In this document: piece after piece, positions 9,507 through 19,675 of the stretch
Layout: each line of letters begins with the position of its first letter
How positions within the stretch are numbered: the stretch's first letter is position 1
Virus record (IMG/VR): IMGVR_UViG_3300009159_008491
Span: 29,820 to 93,819 of that record
Length of the DNA stretch: 64,000 nt
Origin: a virus
Direction: 5' to 3' (one strand)
Translations under genes and position numbers: made by a program
The notes under the pieces: generated by a model
The model's input: the letters and a program-made list of their open reading frames with translations, nothing else
Databases searched by the model: none
What the model was told of the DNA's origin: nothing

Positions 9507-10229
9507 TTATTTTTTTTTAGTTAAATTATTTATAACATTTATTATAAAACAAATTGTTATAATTATAAAACTAATAAAAAAAGATAATTTTTGCAACCCT
9601 AAAATTGATAAAAATATTAATATTGTAAAAGTTCCTGTTCCAAAATATTTTATTAATTCAATTGATTTGAAAATTTTTTTGTTTTCTATTTTGTAGAAGA
9701 AATAATAAAAAGAATAATAACAAATATTTTTAGAAAAAAAGTAATATCTATAAAACAATCCATTTTTTTGATTTTCTACTGATTTACTTTTAAAAGAATT
9801 AGTTTTCTCAAAATTACTTACAGCATCAAGTGTTCCTATGTGTAGTAACATAGGAAATATGAATAGCAATATAGAGAAAAAAGCATAATAATCAGATTTT
9901 AAAAAAAATGTCAATAAGAATAGAAAGCCAACAATGTGATCTTTGTTCCAATCATATACTGCTCCAAAAAAAGAACATTCATTATACTTTCTTGCAACTT
10001 GCCCATCAACACAATCTAAAACATAATAAATAAAATAAAAAATTACTGCAATTATTAAATGATTATATAAATAAAATACAGGTGATAAAAATGAAAAAAA
10101 TAATGAAATTGTGGTTATGTTAGATGGCGATAAACCCATTTTATGTAATGGGTCTACAAGTATATTAGCTATTTTTCTAAATATATATAAATCTAAAGGG
10201 TCTTCTAGGTTTTTGTTGTAACTTGGCAT
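9507..10229 (-). CDS. CDP-alcohol phosphotransferase family membrane protein
   Basis: DCVDGQVARKYNECSFFGAVYDWNKD matches DxxDGxxAR...GxxxDxxxD; SPSNIT; several transmembrane segments. Confidence 0.85.
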   Translation of the reverse strand: MPSYNKNLEDPLDLYIFRKIANILVDPLHKMGLSPSNITTISLFFSFLSPVFYLYNHLIIAVIFYFIYYVLDCVDGQVARKYNECSFFGAVYDWNKDHIVGFLFLLTFFLKSDYYAFFSILLFIFPMLLHIGTLDAVSNFEKTNSFKSKSVENQKNGLFYRYYFFSKNICYYSFYYFFYKIENKKIFKSIELIKYFGTGTFTILIFLSILGLQKLSFFISFIIITICFIINVINNLTKKK

Positions 10230-10939
10230 TATTTTTTTTCTATTAATACATTATAACGATATGGTGCTGAAAGATTCCAATCAAAATTACAAATATCAAT
10301 TTGATTAAATATTTTAATATCACAATTGTTATCTTTAGCAAAATTTTCAAATAAAGATTTTGGTAAATATAAATGTTTTAAATCTTCTTTTATAATTTTA
10401 TCACTTGATTGATGTGTTTCCTTTCTTAATTTTTTTGCAAGTTCTTCTTTTTCTTTATCTGAAATATCTATAATTAATATTTTGCCGCTCTTAGAAGTCT
10501 GATACATTTTTTTAAGTACCTCTAAAGCATATTCTTCATTTTCAAGATAAATAAAAGTTCCAACATTAAAAACAAAATCATATTTTTCATCTTCACAAAC
10601 CCATTTCTCATTTTGAGCATCATCTACCCAAAAATTACCTTGTATATTATCTTTGCAGATTTTTATAAGTGACTCGGAATAATCAAATCCGTTTAATAAA
10701 ATATTTGGATAATTTTCATTTATAAATCTTATTGCAGCTCCTGCACCACAGCCAAGCTCCATAATAGAATCAATATTTTTTAAATAATCTTTAATAGGAA
10801 AAAAACTATTTGATAAAAAATTATCCCATTGTTTTTTTTCTAGGTGATCCCATCCATCTAACTGGTGAAGATCTTTGTTTTGAAAACCTTTTTTGTTCCA
10901 AACCTCTTTCCAATCATTTTTTTGTTTTACTACATCCAT
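10229..10939 (-). CDS. Class I SAM-dependent methyltransferase
   Basis: IMELGCGAGA, GFDYS, YDFVFNVGTFIYL. Confidence 0.85.
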   Translation of the reverse strand: MDVVKQKNDWKEVWNKKGFQNKDLHQLDGWDHLEKKQWDNFLSNSFFPIKDYLKNIDSIMELGCGAGAAIRFINENYPNILLNGFDYSESLIKICKDNIQGNFWVDDAQNEKWVCEDEKYDFVFNVGTFIYLENEEYALEVLKKMYQTSKSGKILIIDISDKEKEELAKKLRKETHQSSDKIIKEDLKHLYLPKSLFENFAKDNNCDIKIFNQIDICNFDWNLSAPYRYNVLIEKK

Positions 10940-12012
10940 TTAAATATGTTTTTCATTTTATTTACGTGACTATCAAAAAATTCTACATTTCCATTAAAAA
11001 TTTCTCTGCTTTTATAATTGAAATTAATAGATTTAAAATTATTTTCATTTAAAAAATAACTAGTTTGCTCTATTTTTAACGGCATATTGTTTTCCCATTC
11101 TTTACAAGAAATTGCACAAGAAGTTGTTGAGTTGTATAGATCGTATTGTGCCCTGCTATCTTCTAGAAAAAAAGTTCTTTCTTTATTAAATTGATCATAA
11201 ATACTTTGGCCCATCCAATCATTTTGTTTATCTATTCCAAATTCTTCACAAAATGAAGGTATAAAATCTAAAATAGATATTAAGCCATGATTACTTTTTC
11301 TATTTTTTATATTGTCTTTAGATAATACCCAAGTTGTCCAAGCGTGAGGTGGCGAATTAAATTTATCAATTTTTTTAAAATTTCCATGATCAGAAAAAAA
11401 CCAAAAAACAGAATCTTCTTCTTCAAAATCCCAAGCATCAATTATTTTAAATATAGATTCATCAAGATGGGAAAAATTTTCTAAATCTGTATTTGTAGCC
11501 TCATGATGATGGTGATAAATTATAAAATGAAATTCATTTAATTCACTTTTATTTTTTTGTATTTTTTTAATATGATTAATTTCTCTTTCGGTCATTTTAA
11601 GAGATTCTTCTGAAAAATGACAAAGTAAATCTTGAGTTTTCTTATCAGTCCAAATTCCAGTTTTTTCTCCAGAGCCATCAAGTTCTATTCCGCTTGTTCT
11701 ATCTAATTTAAATTTATTAAATATTACATTTTCAATCCAAACAGAGTTGTGTAAATAAATTTTCCACTTTTCTCTATCTAATTTTTCAAATAATTGAATA
11801 TCGCTTCTTTTTAAAACATCGGGTTCACTATTATAACCAAAACCATTATTGAAAACTTGTGATGGTAAATATCCAGTAAGTAATGAAAAGACAGAAGTAA
11901 AAGTAAAACTATTAGATATTTGATGATGAAAATCCAAACCTTTTTCCTTGCTAATATCTATTAATTTATCATAGAAAGGCATGCTATCAAACAATACGCA
12001 ATAAAATTTCAT
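10930..12012 (-). CDS. Alkaline phosphatase/sulfatase superfamily protein (Thr at the nucleophile position)
   Basis: VLFDS, TFTSVFSLLTG, FFSDHG, LISILDFIPS, GQS. Confidence 0.7.
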   Translation of the reverse strand: MKFYCVLFDSMPFYDKLIDISKEKGLDFHHQISNSFTFTSVFSLLTGYLPSQVFNNGFGYNSEPDVLKRSDIQLFEKLDREKWKIYLHNSVWIENVIFNKFKLDRTSGIELDGSGEKTGIWTDKKTQDLLCHFSEESLKMTEREINHIKKIQKNKSELNEFHFIIYHHHHEATNTDLENFSHLDESIFKIIDAWDFEEEDSVFWFFSDHGNFKKIDKFNSPPHAWTTWVLSKDNIKNRKSNHGLISILDFIPSFCEEFGIDKQNDWMGQSIYDQFNKERTFFLEDSRAQYDLYNSTTSCAISCKEWENNMPLKIEQTSYFLNENNFKSINFNYKSREIFNGNVEFFDSHVNKMKNIFKWM

Positions 12013-12076
12013 ATTTGATTAATATTATAATACTTTATAATAATAAGTAATTTTTAATCAAATGTAAATTTTTATT

Positions 12077-12805
12077 TTATAGTTTAACCCATTCTCTAGA
12101 TGAGTCTACGCTATAAAATTTCCACAAAATATTATCTGCATATTCATTCCAATGTTCTTTACTTGATGGAGGAGGATAGTTAAATGATGCATTATCTATG
12201 TTTATAAAGTTACTTAAAGGAATATTTTGTTCCTCTGAATTAAGAAATTCATTTTTAACAAAAATTAAATTTTGTTGATTAGATCTAAAAACCAAACTAT
12301 ATCCTTTTTCTTTACCTAAATTATAAAGAGCAGCTAAAGAAGCACCAAAATAATCTGTACTGGTGTTGCTTTTATCTGGAACAACTAATGGAATTGTTGG
12401 ATCTAATGATGAATTAAATTCTATAATTACAACTCTAGGGTTGTAATTACAACTTTTCCAACACCAATAATCATGAGAATCAATATCTATACTCAATAAA
12501 TCAAATTCATTTGGAACATTGTTTTGAGAAAATAAATCATTTATGTTTTCAGAAGTGACAGTACCCTGTATAATTCCATTTTGACATTTTGAACTATCAG
12601 ATTCTAAGAGTAAACCACTCCAATCGTGATTTAATTTTAAATTTGCTGTGTTGGATAAATGTACTCCATCCCACGCACCAAATTCAACAAAATATTTATT
12701 TATAGTACCTATTTTATTGAAAATTTCTAACAATATTCCATCTTCTCCATTTTGAGAATATACCTTTTTTTGAAAACTTTTTAAGTTACTAATAAACTTT
12801 TCCAT
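12077..12805 (-). CDS. FkbM-like methyltransferase
   Basis: YSQNGEDGI, FVEFGAWDG, LLSIDIDSHDYW, PRVVIIEFN, GASLAAL. Confidence 0.75.
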   Translation of the reverse strand: MEKFISNLKSFQKKVYSQNGEDGILLEIFNKIGTINKYFVEFGAWDGVHLSNTANLKLNHDWSGLLLESDSSKCQNGIIQGTVTSENINDLFSQNNVPNEFDLLSIDIDSHDYWCWKSCNYNPRVVIIEFNSSLDPTIPLVVPDKSNTSTDYFGASLAALYNLGKEKGYSLVFRSNQQNLIFVKNEFLNSEEQNIPLSNFINIDNASFNYPPPSSKEHWNEYADNILWKFYSVDSSREWVKL

Positions 12806-13778
12806 GCTCTATACTATTTATATCTTTTATATTAATAAATTTTTCCGAATCAAATTTTTCAAATCTTGCAAAATTTATACACGGAGTATAGATAATTATT
12901 CCTTTATTAAAATAACAAGCTAGAGTTGAAAATGTACTTTGTCCTGTTACTAAATAGGAAGAAGAAACTAAATGATGAAAAATTTCAGTATCTAAACCGC
13001 CAGAAATAATATTTATTTTACCTTCAAATTTATTATTTAAAATAGTATTGTTTTTTTCATTTGGATTCATACTAAATTTATGAAAATTACTATCTAAATT
13101 TAATATTTCTTGAAAATCTAAAAATTCTTCTTTTTCTCCTTCTGTAAAAATAAAAAAATTAGCATTTGGTATTTTTTCTTTTAGTATTTTTATTAATTCA
13201 ATATAATGATTATCGTTTTTCCATCGATCTGGATGAGCTAAAATTTTTACATCACCTCTTCTCATGTGAATTGCCACATTTATCTCTCCAGCATTATAAA
13301 TTGTATTTGATAAATTATTTTTTTTCCAATATGCTCTTTGAAATTTTTCTATAATCCATTCAGAATCATCAATCATCTTCCCCGGAAAATGTATTCCGGC
13401 TTCTGTACCAAGTTCAAACAATGTGTTATAATTATAGTCAACATATTTTTTTATGTAATTTGTCATATAATCATAATCTGGATTATGAAATCTTTCTAAT
13501 TCTGATAAATTTGAACTTAAATTTAGATGTACAGAAGGAATTGAAATTTTTCTATTAAATTCTATATCATCAATTGATTTAAATTCAGATCTTAAATTTA
13601 ATAATCTATTGAATCTTGAACTTGAATTTGTTAAATCAGAATGAATAAATTCAAAATCTAATTTTTTTGACAATAATAATCCGGTTATGTAGTTGTACAT
13701 ACAGTGACCTAGTGATCCTCTAAAATGGTTTGTACTACTATGATCATTAAGAAGATTTGATTTTAAAAAATTTTTCAT
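12789..13778 (-). CDS. GDP-sugar (fucosyl)transferase-like protein (GT11/GT23 clan)
   Basis: GSLGH near the N-terminus, VAIHMRRGD, GQSTFS. Confidence 0.7.
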   Translation of the reverse strand: MKNFLKSNLLNDHSSTNHFRGSLGHCMYNYITGLLLSKKLDFEFIHSDLTNSSSRFNRLLNLRSEFKSIDDIEFNRKISIPSVHLNLSSNLSELERFHNPDYDYMTNYIKKYVDYNYNTLFELGTEAGIHFPGKMIDDSEWIIEKFQRAYWKKNNLSNTIYNAGEINVAIHMRRGDVKILAHPDRWKNDNHYIELIKILKEKIPNANFFIFTEGEKEEFLDFQEILNLDSNFHKFSMNPNEKNNTILNNKFEGKINIISGGLDTEIFHHLVSSSYLVTGQSTFSTLACYFNKGIIIYTPCINFARFEKFDSEKFINIKDINSIEHGKVY

Positions 13779-13784
13779 AAATTA

Positions 13785-14339
13785 TTATTTTTTTTTATGA
13801 TACCATACTCCACCATCATGTAAATCATAATCAGAAAACACTTCATTAACAGCTTTTACAACCCCCATTCCGTTTTGATCATATCTAAAATCATGACCAG
13901 AAATTATACCACCTTTTCTTATTTTTGGCAACCAATTTTGAATGTCTTTTAAAACTGATTCATAGGAATGATCAGCATCTATAAAAACAAAATCTACAGA
14001 TTCATCTTCAAATTGACTGGCAGCTTCCCAAGAAATAGATTTAATATCGATAATCATATCTCTTACGTTTTTATTTTTGAGATTTGTATTATAGATTTCA
14101 TTTATATGTTTTACTTCATCTAATACATTTTTATTTTTATTCCAATCTTCAAAAATATCAACTGCGTAAATTTTTACATTAGGTTTATTTCTCAAATTAT
14201 TTGCTAGATAAGAAATTGAATGTCCTTTCCAAACTCCTAATTCTACAAATGTATTAAAATCTTCATGAGATGATATCATATTGTAGAAAGATTGATAATT
14301 AAACCAATTGTTTGTTTCTAATAAATTGTTTATATTCAT
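13785..14339 (-). CDS. Methyltransf_24-like SAM-dependent methyltransferase
   Basis: FVELGVWKGHS, VDFVFIDADHSYE, GGIISGHDF. Confidence 0.85.
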   Translation of the reverse strand: MNINNLLETNNWFNYQSFYNMISSHEDFNTFVELGVWKGHSISYLANNLRNKPNVKIYAVDIFEDWNKNKNVLDEVKHINEIYNTNLKNKNVRDMIIDIKSISWEAASQFEDESVDFVFIDADHSYESVLKDIQNWLPKIRKGGIISGHDFRYDQNGMGVVKAVNEVFSDYDLHDGGVWYHKKK

Positions 14340-14341
14340 AA

Positions 14342-14929
14342 TTAATTAATTTTAAAATTAAATATTTTTAAGTCTTTTTTATATATTTGATGTACTTTTT
14401 CTAATAAATCTTCATTATAATATTCTTTATAATCTTTATGATTGCTTTGGTTTATTTTTTTCAATTCTATGTTAAATAAACTTTTTAATTCTTCATTTAT
14501 GTTTTCATAATTTATTAAATGATCAACAATAATTTCTTTTTTTGAGTTTATGACATATGGATATTGAGAATCCCATCCCTGATGTTTGAACAAACTTCTG
14601 TCTTCATATAATAAATTTACACAACCAGCAAAATCAATATTCTTTAGTAAGTTATAATCTGGGTGTGGACCATAAAGTGTTTTGTTTGTGAAAGAATGCC
14701 AATAACTTTCATCTAATTTTGAATATTCATAATTAGATACAGTTCTATCCAAAGGATTTCTGATAACTGCAATTTTTTTGTAGTTTTCCCATTCGTTTGG
14801 ATATTTATTTTGATAATAATCAAATTTATGATGTCCTTCATCATCCATTTCCAACGCTTCAACTATTGATGTACCTGCGTTTTTGGGAATGTGAATAAAT
14901 ATAACTTTATATTTGTGTGATATTGGCAT
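14342..14929 (-). CDS. Sulfotransferase family 2 (carbohydrate sulfotransferase-like)
   Basis: FIHIPKNAGTSI (5'-PSB), VIRNPLDRTVSNY (3'-PB). Confidence 0.85.
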   Translation of the reverse strand: MPISHKYKVIFIHIPKNAGTSIVEALEMDDEGHHKFDYYQNKYPNEWENYKKIAVIRNPLDRTVSNYEYSKLDESYWHSFTNKTLYGPHPDYNLLKNIDFAGCVNLLYEDRSLFKHQGWDSQYPYVINSKKEIIVDHLINYENINEELKSLFNIELKKINQSNHKDYKEYYNEDLLEKVHQIYKKDLKIFNFKIN

Positions 14930-14930
14930 T

Positions 14931-15341
14931 TTAAATCATTTTTTTATCTAGTTCAATACCTAAATACGGTCCTGTTTTATATTCATATACAATTGTATTA
15001 GGCTCTAATATTTCATAATTATGACCACCTTCAAGGGTAAAAGAAGCATCTCCACTATATAAAATTTTTTCTTCTATAATTGTATCATCAATATCATAAA
15101 AAATACATTTTACAGATCCTTCTATAACAAGCCAACTTTCCTGTGGAATATATTTTTCATTATGCACTTCTCTGTGAAAATGTTTGTGTGGTTTAAATGT
15201 TTTTCCTTTTTGCAAATTCATAGTTGAACATTGTAAAAATTCTGTATCGCTAATTAAATTATTTCTTTCAGAAACTATATCTTCTTTTCTGTTTATGAAA
15301 TGTAATAATTTGCTGTTTATTTTAGAATATATTTTTTCCAT
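14931..15341 (-). CDS. Cupin-fold protein (WbuC-like, sugar isomerase/epimerase-like)
   Basis: PHKH, QESWLVIEG, GGHNYEILE, EYKTGPY. Confidence 0.7.
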   Translation of the reverse strand: MEKIYSKINSKLLHFINRKEDIVSERNNLISDTEFLQCSTMNLQKGKTFKPHKHFHREVHNEKYIPQESWLVIEGSVKCIFYDIDDTIIEEKILYSGDASFTLEGGHNYEILEPNTIVYEYKTGPYLGIELDKKMI

Positions 15342-15342
15342 T

Positions 15343-16050
15343 TTATAAATAATTTTTTATTGAATCATAACTAGCTTGTGAATTATGTATGTCAGAATAG
15401 CCACCTTCTTGATATGCTAGGAATGGCATCGCTATAAATGATTTAATTGATTCTTGAATTGTTACATAACAGGAATCAACTGGTTTAGTAAACATATTTG
15501 TCTCTAATAGTTTTATTAAAAATTTATAAGCCGATGAATTTACTGCATAAGAATGTGTGGTATGTGTACTTATTAACTCTGAATAATAATTAAATTTTTT
15601 TCCTTCTTTTACCAAAGAACCACTTAAATAAAACATATCCCATTCTGTAGGAAAATTTTTAGATAAATTTTCTAATTTTTGTTCAAAATCATCAGAAAAA
15701 GCCACATCATCTTCTAATACAAGAATGGAACTATAATTATTTTTTTGTGCTAATTTTAATGTTTCTAAATGAGAAATTAAACATCCAACTTGTCCTTTGA
15801 AATATCTATCGTGATAATTCTCAATTCCAAAAAAATTTCCCGGTTCATGTTTATAAAATTCATTTTTAATAAATGAAACTTTTTTATTTTCATAAGTAAA
15901 ATTCTCATCTATTAAAGAATAACCATCACAAGCTTTTATTCTTTCAAAAGAAAAATTATATTTTTCAGAAATTTTTAGAAATTTATCGTATCTATCTTTT
16001 CTTTTGTCTAAGTTTATTAGATAAATTTTTTCAAAAAGATTATTTAACAT
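15343..16050 (-). CDS. GT25-family glycosyltransferase
   Basis: IYLINLDKRKDR, GCLISH, ILVLEDD, WDMFYL, TTHSYAVN. Confidence 0.85.
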   Translation of the reverse strand: MLNNLFEKIYLINLDKRKDRYDKFLKISEKYNFSFERIKACDGYSLIDENFTYENKKVSFIKNEFYKHEPGNFFGIENYHDRYFKGQVGCLISHLETLKLAQKNNYSSILVLEDDVAFSDDFEQKLENLSKNFPTEWDMFYLSGSLVKEGKKFNYYSELISTHTTHSYAVNSSAYKFLIKLLETNMFTKPVDSCYVTIQESIKSFIAMPFLAYQEGGYSDIHNSQASYDSIKNYL

Positions 16051-16093
16051 TTTTTAAAATTAATTTTGTTTAATCAAAAAGGAATAATAAAAA

Positions 16094-16804
16094 TTATTTA
16101 GAATATTTTATTAACTCATTTACTTCCTTAAAATATTTTTCATAAGGTCTTAGAAGATGAGAATCTATATAGTGTCCTTTCTTTAATAGTTCTATATCAT
16201 AAGTCCATTTACTCCTATCAATTCTTTTTGAAAAATCTCTATCTTTTTTTACTATTAATTTATCTTTGTGATTTTCGAGTTTATCAAACATGAAGTTTTC
16301 ATCTGAATTCCATGCTAAACCATATTTTTCATTTAATAGATTACAATAACTTTCAAAATTTAAATCTTGAAGATCTAAGAGTTTTATATAAGTTTGAGAT
16401 TTTGATAATACATAACACATAGGATAAAATTTATTTTTATCATATGGCTGTCCGGAATAAAGTATCATATTATCACTAGTTAATTCATCATTATATTGAT
16501 TAAAATATTCTCCATTTAATGGTAACATATCAATGTCAGACATTAACAAATTACCATCAATAAATTTTGAAGTGAATAATCTAACTATTTGTGATTGAAA
16601 TCCAGTTGGAAAATTTTCTAATGCTTTTATGTTGTGTACAATACCCCATTTATTTTCATATATTGAGTTTTCATCTGTAATGTTTACATAATAAGTTTTA
16701 AATCCAAGATCAAGCCATTTTTTTGCAACTATTGGATAAAAATCTTTATAAAGTGAATTATCATCAGATGATATTACTACATAATCTATCTTTGTATTAT
16801 TCAT
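16094..16804 (-). CDS. Putative GT-A glycosyltransferase
   Basis: LMSDIDMLPL (DXD); position within the glycan locus. Confidence 0.5.
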   Translation of the reverse strand: MNNTKIDYVVISSDDNSLYKDFYPIVAKKWLDLGFKTYYVNITDENSIYENKWGIVHNIKALENFPTGFQSQIVRLFTSKFIDGNLLMSDIDMLPLNGEYFNQYNDELTSDNMILYSGQPYDKNKFYPMCYVLSKSQTYIKLLDLQDLNFESYCNLLNEKYGLAWNSDENFMFDKLENHKDKLIVKKDRDFSKRIDRSKWTYDIELLKKGHYIDSHLLRPYEKYFKEVNELIKYSK

Positions 16805-16817
16805 ATTATTAAAATGA

Positions 16818-17684
16818 TCAAATCATTTTTTGATCTTTAAGTATTTTTTCAAATTTTTGTTCTATAGTATACCATTTTGAATCCACTTCAACAGCATCTA
16901 ACCATTTGTTATGCCAGTGCCAACAAAATGATCCTTCATAAAGATCAAAATCATATTTTTTCATAGGATTCCATAAACCCATTAATGGATCTTGCCATTC
17001 ACTATTAAAAAAACCACTTGGGAAAATTGTCCAATCTTTATTATAGTTTCTAACTTTTTGATATAAATCTGTTGACCAATTTGTAGTATTTGGTTTTATA
17101 GCACCGTTATTTATTTCACTCATTAAATCATTGGAAAGTTTACTGTTTGCAAACAATCTCATTACAGCTCCATTTATCATTTTCTTTTCAAGTCCCCATT
17201 TATACATAAATTCTTGATCTAAAATTGGAGAAAATGATCTTAAAAAAGCTACATCTACATCAGTATATAAACCACCATATTTGTGTAGAATTAAAATTCT
17301 AAATAAATCTCCTTTTGCCCAATTCTTTTCATCTTGTGCTTCGATTATATCTTTTCTACCCTCTAAAACTGTACCTTTTATTTCTTCTGCAGGATTATAA
17401 ATTCTTAAATTTATAAAAGGTAAATAAGGCTTTAAAAATTCATTATTTTTTAAATCTACATTACACCATAAGTTAAATCTTGTATTTTCTAAATCTTGTG
17501 TACACAAATAAGATTTTATTCCTAATAATTGTTTTCTTTCAAAAGGTAATCCAACATTCCAAAAAACATGGAAATCAACTATTTCTTTTAATTTATTATT
17601 ATCTTCTATTGTTTTACAAAAATTTAGACATTCATCTAAGTCGTAATACAATATTTTGTTTTCATCTTCAGTTATTTTAACCAT
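16818..17684 (-). CDS. GT32-like (DXD) glycosyltransferase
   Basis: GDLFRILILHKYGGLYTDVD, NGAVM, HWHN. Confidence 0.8.
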   Translation of the reverse strand: MVKITEDENKILYYDLDECLNFCKTIEDNNKLKEIVDFHVFWNVGLPFERKQLLGIKSYLCTQDLENTRFNLWCNVDLKNNEFLKPYLPFINLRIYNPAEEIKGTVLEGRKDIIEAQDEKNWAKGDLFRILILHKYGGLYTDVDVAFLRSFSPILDQEFMYKWGLEKKMINGAVMRLFANSKLSNDLMSEINNGAIKPNTTNWSTDLYQKVRNYNKDWTIFPSGFFNSEWQDPLMGLWNPMKKYDFDLYEGSFCWHWHNKWLDAVEVDSKWYTIEQKFEKILKDQKMI

Positions 17685-18363
17685 TGTTCAAATATTTTTT
17701 TATTAATTTTTGAATATATCCTTTTTTTTCTATTTTTTTTAATTTTAAAAATAGGTTTATTTCAGGATTGTTTTCAAATATAGTTGAAATTTCTGTATTA
17801 ATCAATAAATTATAATTTAAATTTTTATTTAAATTGTTTGCCATTAAAGTAGCTAGGTTTAACACACTAATTTTTTCTACTGAAGAAAAGTTTAAGGTTC
17901 CAGAAATATTATTTTCTAAAGCATAAAAAACAAAATCCCTTACATCGTCAATATCAATTAAGGATCTTTCAGAATCTTTTATTATTGAAATAATTTCATC
18001 TTTAGAAATTTTATCTTTAAAAAAATTAAAAATATTATTTGAATTACCGCCAGTCCCAACTAGTTGTGGTAATCTTAATATTAAAAAATCATGAGATTTC
18101 TTTTTAATTATGTTTTCAATATTTGTTTTATGTTCATAATAGGGACTTTTTCTATTTATGAAAATACTACTAAAATAGACTAATTTTAAATTTTTATTCT
18201 CAGATAATACTTGATTAATTAAATCTACTTCCTTAGAAAAATTATTTAAATCACTTTCACTTGAATTGGAAACTCCCGATGCAAAAATTATACAATTAAA
18301 TTTTTTGTCTATTTTATGTTCCAAAAAAGATTTAGCCAATAATCCATTTCCTATTATCTTCAT
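17677..18363 (-). CDS. Short NAD-dependent epimerase/dehydratase-like protein
   Basis: IIGNGLLA, FASGVSNS, VYFSS, SPYYEHK (YxxxK), LRLPQLVG, RSLIDIDD. Confidence 0.75.
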   Translation of the reverse strand: MKIIGNGLLAKSFLEHKIDKKFNCIIFASGVSNSSESDLNNFSKEVDLINQVLSENKNLKLVYFSSIFINRKSPYYEHKTNIENIIKKKSHDFLILRLPQLVGTGGNSNNIFNFFKDKISKDEIISIIKDSERSLIDIDDVRDFVFYALENNISGTLNFSSVEKISVLNLATLMANNLNKNLNYNLLINTEISTIFENNPEINLFLKLKKIEKKGYIQKLIKKYLNNG

Positions 18364-18995
18364 TTATAAAATTCTTTTTTTAGCACAAATAAACTATCCC
18401 AATAATTTCTTCCTAATCCCATTGGAAAACCTTCGTGATCAGTTATTTCATGTTGTTTTATTTCGCAATAATTTAACATTTTTTCAAAAATTCTCTCATA
18501 ATACAAATGATTATCCGGATAGTTTGGATTCATAAATCTAAAATCATGAAATTCGACAGAATATTGTTTTGAAATAGTCCAATCAATATTTTCTAAAATT
18601 TTATATTCACCACCTTCTATGTCAAATTTTATAAGTTCAAATTGTTTTATATTATATTTATTCATAACATCTTTTATGGTTAACATAGGAACTTCAATTT
18701 TACCAATTAATTGACACCAATCTTTTTCTGGATTTAATAATGAGCACCCTTGATTGTCACTATAAATAAAAAATTCAGTCATTTCATTGTTTGAGTCATG
18801 TGAAATAGCTGCTCTTTCATATAATATTCCTTCTGGAGCTTTTTTGATTTTAGGATTAGGGTCAACACAAATAATGTTATCACATAATTCTTTCATTTTA
18901 AGTGTAAATCCAAAATTTACACAACCCAAATCTAATACATATCCATTTCTATCAATAGTAGTTTCTTCTATTGTGTGTTCAGCAAGTGTAATCAT
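18360..18995 (-). CDS. FkbM-family methyltransferase
   Basis: VLDLGC, VDPNP, LIKFDIEGGEY, SVEFH. Confidence 0.8.
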   Translation of the reverse strand: MITLAEHTIEETTIDRNGYVLDLGCVNFGFTLKMKELCDNIICVDPNPKIKKAPEGILYERAAISHDSNNEMTEFFIYSDNQGCSLLNPEKDWCQLIGKIEVPMLTIKDVMNKYNIKQFELIKFDIEGGEYKILENIDWTISKQYSVEFHDFRFMNPNYPDNHLYYERIFEKMLNYCEIKQHEITDHEGFPMGLGRNYWDSLFVLKKEFYK

Positions 18996-19675
18996 TTTAA
19001 TGTTTTTAGATATTGTTTTAAATTTTCTATATGTTCAATAACTGTTTCATCATTCTCGTTAAATACCTGACCTACAAATTCAAAATCATTACGATCTGAT
19101 GGGAATGGATAGTTGTTAGGGAAATCAAAAAAATCATCATGACAAATCATACTATCCATGTATGCTTTATGTATTTTAATTAAAAATCTTTGATCATCTC
19201 CATAATTAAAAAGATTCTTATCTTTTAAATATGTATTGATCATTTCAGACATATTAAATTTATGATCATTTTTCATTCCCCAAGTACCGCCTAAAATCAA
19301 TACTCCATGTTGTGGATGATCTCTCATAATGTGAAGATTTTTATCACTCTCAATCCATTGATCTACGGCTTCTTTTTCTCTTGTGTTTAATCTAGAGTCT
19401 GTATCTCTAACAATAAATCTTTCTACTTCTTTATCGTCATAAACCATAAAACGCCAAAACATTCCAAATCCATTAAGGTTGGTATTTGACATATCAACTA
19501 ATTCAGCATTAAATTTTTTTAATTCATTGATATAATAACTTGGAACTGTATAGTTATAATAAACTCTACAAATCCAATCTGGATATATTTCTGGTTGTAA
19601 CAATATATTTTTTATTGCTCCAACGCAATATTTTGGGTTGTCTCCGTATAAGCTAAAAGCGATTATTTTTTTCAT
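18992..19675 (-). CDS. Putative GT-A glycosyltransferase-like protein
   Basis: FSLYG, MFWRF, VRDTDSR, HIMRDHP, ILGGTWG, DDQRFL. Confidence 0.55.
   Translation of the reverse strand: MKKIIAFSLYGDNPKYCVGAIKNILLQPEIYPDWICRVYYNYTVPSYYINELKKFNAELVDMSNTNLNGFGMFWRFMVYDDKEVERFIVRDTDSRLNTREKEAVDQWIESDKNLHIMRDHPQHGVLILGGTWGMKNDHKFNMSEMINTYLKDKNLFNYGDDQRFLIKIHKAYMDSMICHDDFFDFPNNYPFPSDRNDFEFVGQVFNENDETVIEHIENLKQYLKTLK

Noticed and set aside
10930-12012. Calling this ORF a true sulfatase paired with the sulfotransferase
   Set aside because: It lacks the (C/S)xPxR formylglycine motif and has TFTSV instead
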